In this document: positions 62,958 through 64,000 of the stretch, piece after piece
How the letters are laid out: the number at the start of each line of letters is the position of its first letter
Position numbering within the stretch: position 1 is the first letter of the stretch
Source of the DNA: the human T2T-CHM13v2.0 reference genome, Homo sapiens
Assembly: GCF_009914755.1 (NCBI RefSeq)
Contig: NC_060930.1
Length of the DNA stretch: 64,000 nucleotides
Reading direction: 5' to 3' (one strand)
The notes under the pieces: generated by a model
Database searches by the model: none
The model's input: only the letters and a program-made list of their open reading frames with translations
What the model was told of the DNA's origin: nothing
Made by a program: the position numbers and the translations under genes

Positions 62958-63300
62958 ATTCATTTAACCAATGTTCATTGTACACCTACTATGTTCCAGG
63001 TACACTGCTGGAAATATACAAATGATACCTTTCTACTGTCCGAGGAATCATAGTCAAGTAGGGGAAGAGATCTACAATTAAGATCTAATAAATGCTAAAT
63101 ACAGATCTGCACTAGTGCTATAGAAGTACCGCAGAGAGAGGAATTCGTTTTGAATGGTGTAAAAGGTAGATTGGCGCAAAACTCACAGAGGCAACATTTT
63201 AGAGGAGGACCTTATAGAACGAGGAGGAGCTCACAAGCCAGGGAGAGGCTGTGTAGTCCAGGCAGAGTAAACAGGACCAGCAAAGTACACAGGACTCCGA
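62958..63300 (-). mobile_element. L2 relic
   Basis: TTCATTTAACCAATG..CACCTACTATGTTCCAGGTACACTG..GAATCATAGTCAAGTAGGGGA. Confidence 0.65.
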
Positions 63301-63512
63301 GCACAGAGCAAGTTAAAGAAAGGCCCAGGACCCTGGTGACTGATGTGAAGAGAGCGTGAGAAGGGGGATTTCAGTCCATAAACTAGGACCAGAGGATTAC
63401 CTACTGGGGCCTCCACAGTTTCGCTAACAGTAAATTTAGAAAAGTAGAGCAAACCAGAGGTTCCCAGTGTTGGCAGCTGTAGAATCTTCTAGGAAACTCA
63501 GGAGGAGGATCT

Positions 63513-63662
63513 GAGGGGAAAAAAAGAAGAAAGGGCAGAGGAAAGAAAGGCAAGGGGGAGAGGGAGAGGAGGAAGAGGAAGAGAAGGGGCAGCAAAGGGG
63601 ACACAGAGGAGAAGCCACAAAAGGAAGGGAGCAGGTCAGAGACACCAGAACAGGAGGAGGAC
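63513..63662 (+). repeat. GA-rich low-complexity tract
   Basis: About 150 nt almost entirely purine. Confidence 0.8.
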
Positions 63663-63970
63663 AACTCGATTCCAGTTCCCAAACCCCCCACCGACTGATT
63701 CAGGATCTGCAAACCAGGGGCTGAGGAAGCTGCAGTTATTATGCAACCAGGTTTGAGATTTGTTAGTGTAAATTCTCAGTCTCATTGAAGAGGAGGTAGA
63801 TGGTTTTTTCATCTGTTTTTGAAAAGAAAACAAAAGGCTCAGTTTGATGTAGATTTCTTAGACTTCAGTACAAAAAGAATGTATACTGGGAACAGAAATT
63901 TATTTTTGTTAGTGCTTTTATTGCTTTATCTTTTTTATTATTCTCTAGGTGCTTCTAAAATAAGTTATTA

Positions 63971-64000
63971 AGCCAAGCATGGTGGCTCATGCCTGTAATC
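63971..64000 (+). mobile_element. Alu 5' end, cut by the window edge
   Basis: AGCCAAGCATGGTGGCTCATGCCTGTAATC. Confidence 0.85.

Overview
Primate (human-like) nuclear DNA that looks intronic or intergenic. I found no credible protein-coding exon, rRNA, tRNA, CRISPR array or prokaryotic-type system, and I could not name the locus. The main element is a disabled, 3'-incomplete L1PA7/8-like LINE-1 (about 1322-7153, +) with an AluSc inside its 5'UTR. The window also holds about 17 Alu/FLAM copies or fragments, many MIR/L2 relics, hAT-Charlie and Tigger MITEs, MaLR/ERVL solo LTRs (one nested in another with a perfect TSD), a probable HAL1, and microsatellites. TE-poor stretches carry enhancer-like motifs, the clearest being a double E-box next to a perfect SOXE-dimer palindrome at 12620-12660, plus a few isolated exon-like or promoter-like signals. 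The most unusual directly visible feature is a set of five Alu copies with locally templated or fold-back junctions. I see no evidence for a new biological system. Repeat family names come from my recollection of consensus sequences, and boundaries of ancient repeats are approximate. Both need RepeatMasker/Dfam confirmation.
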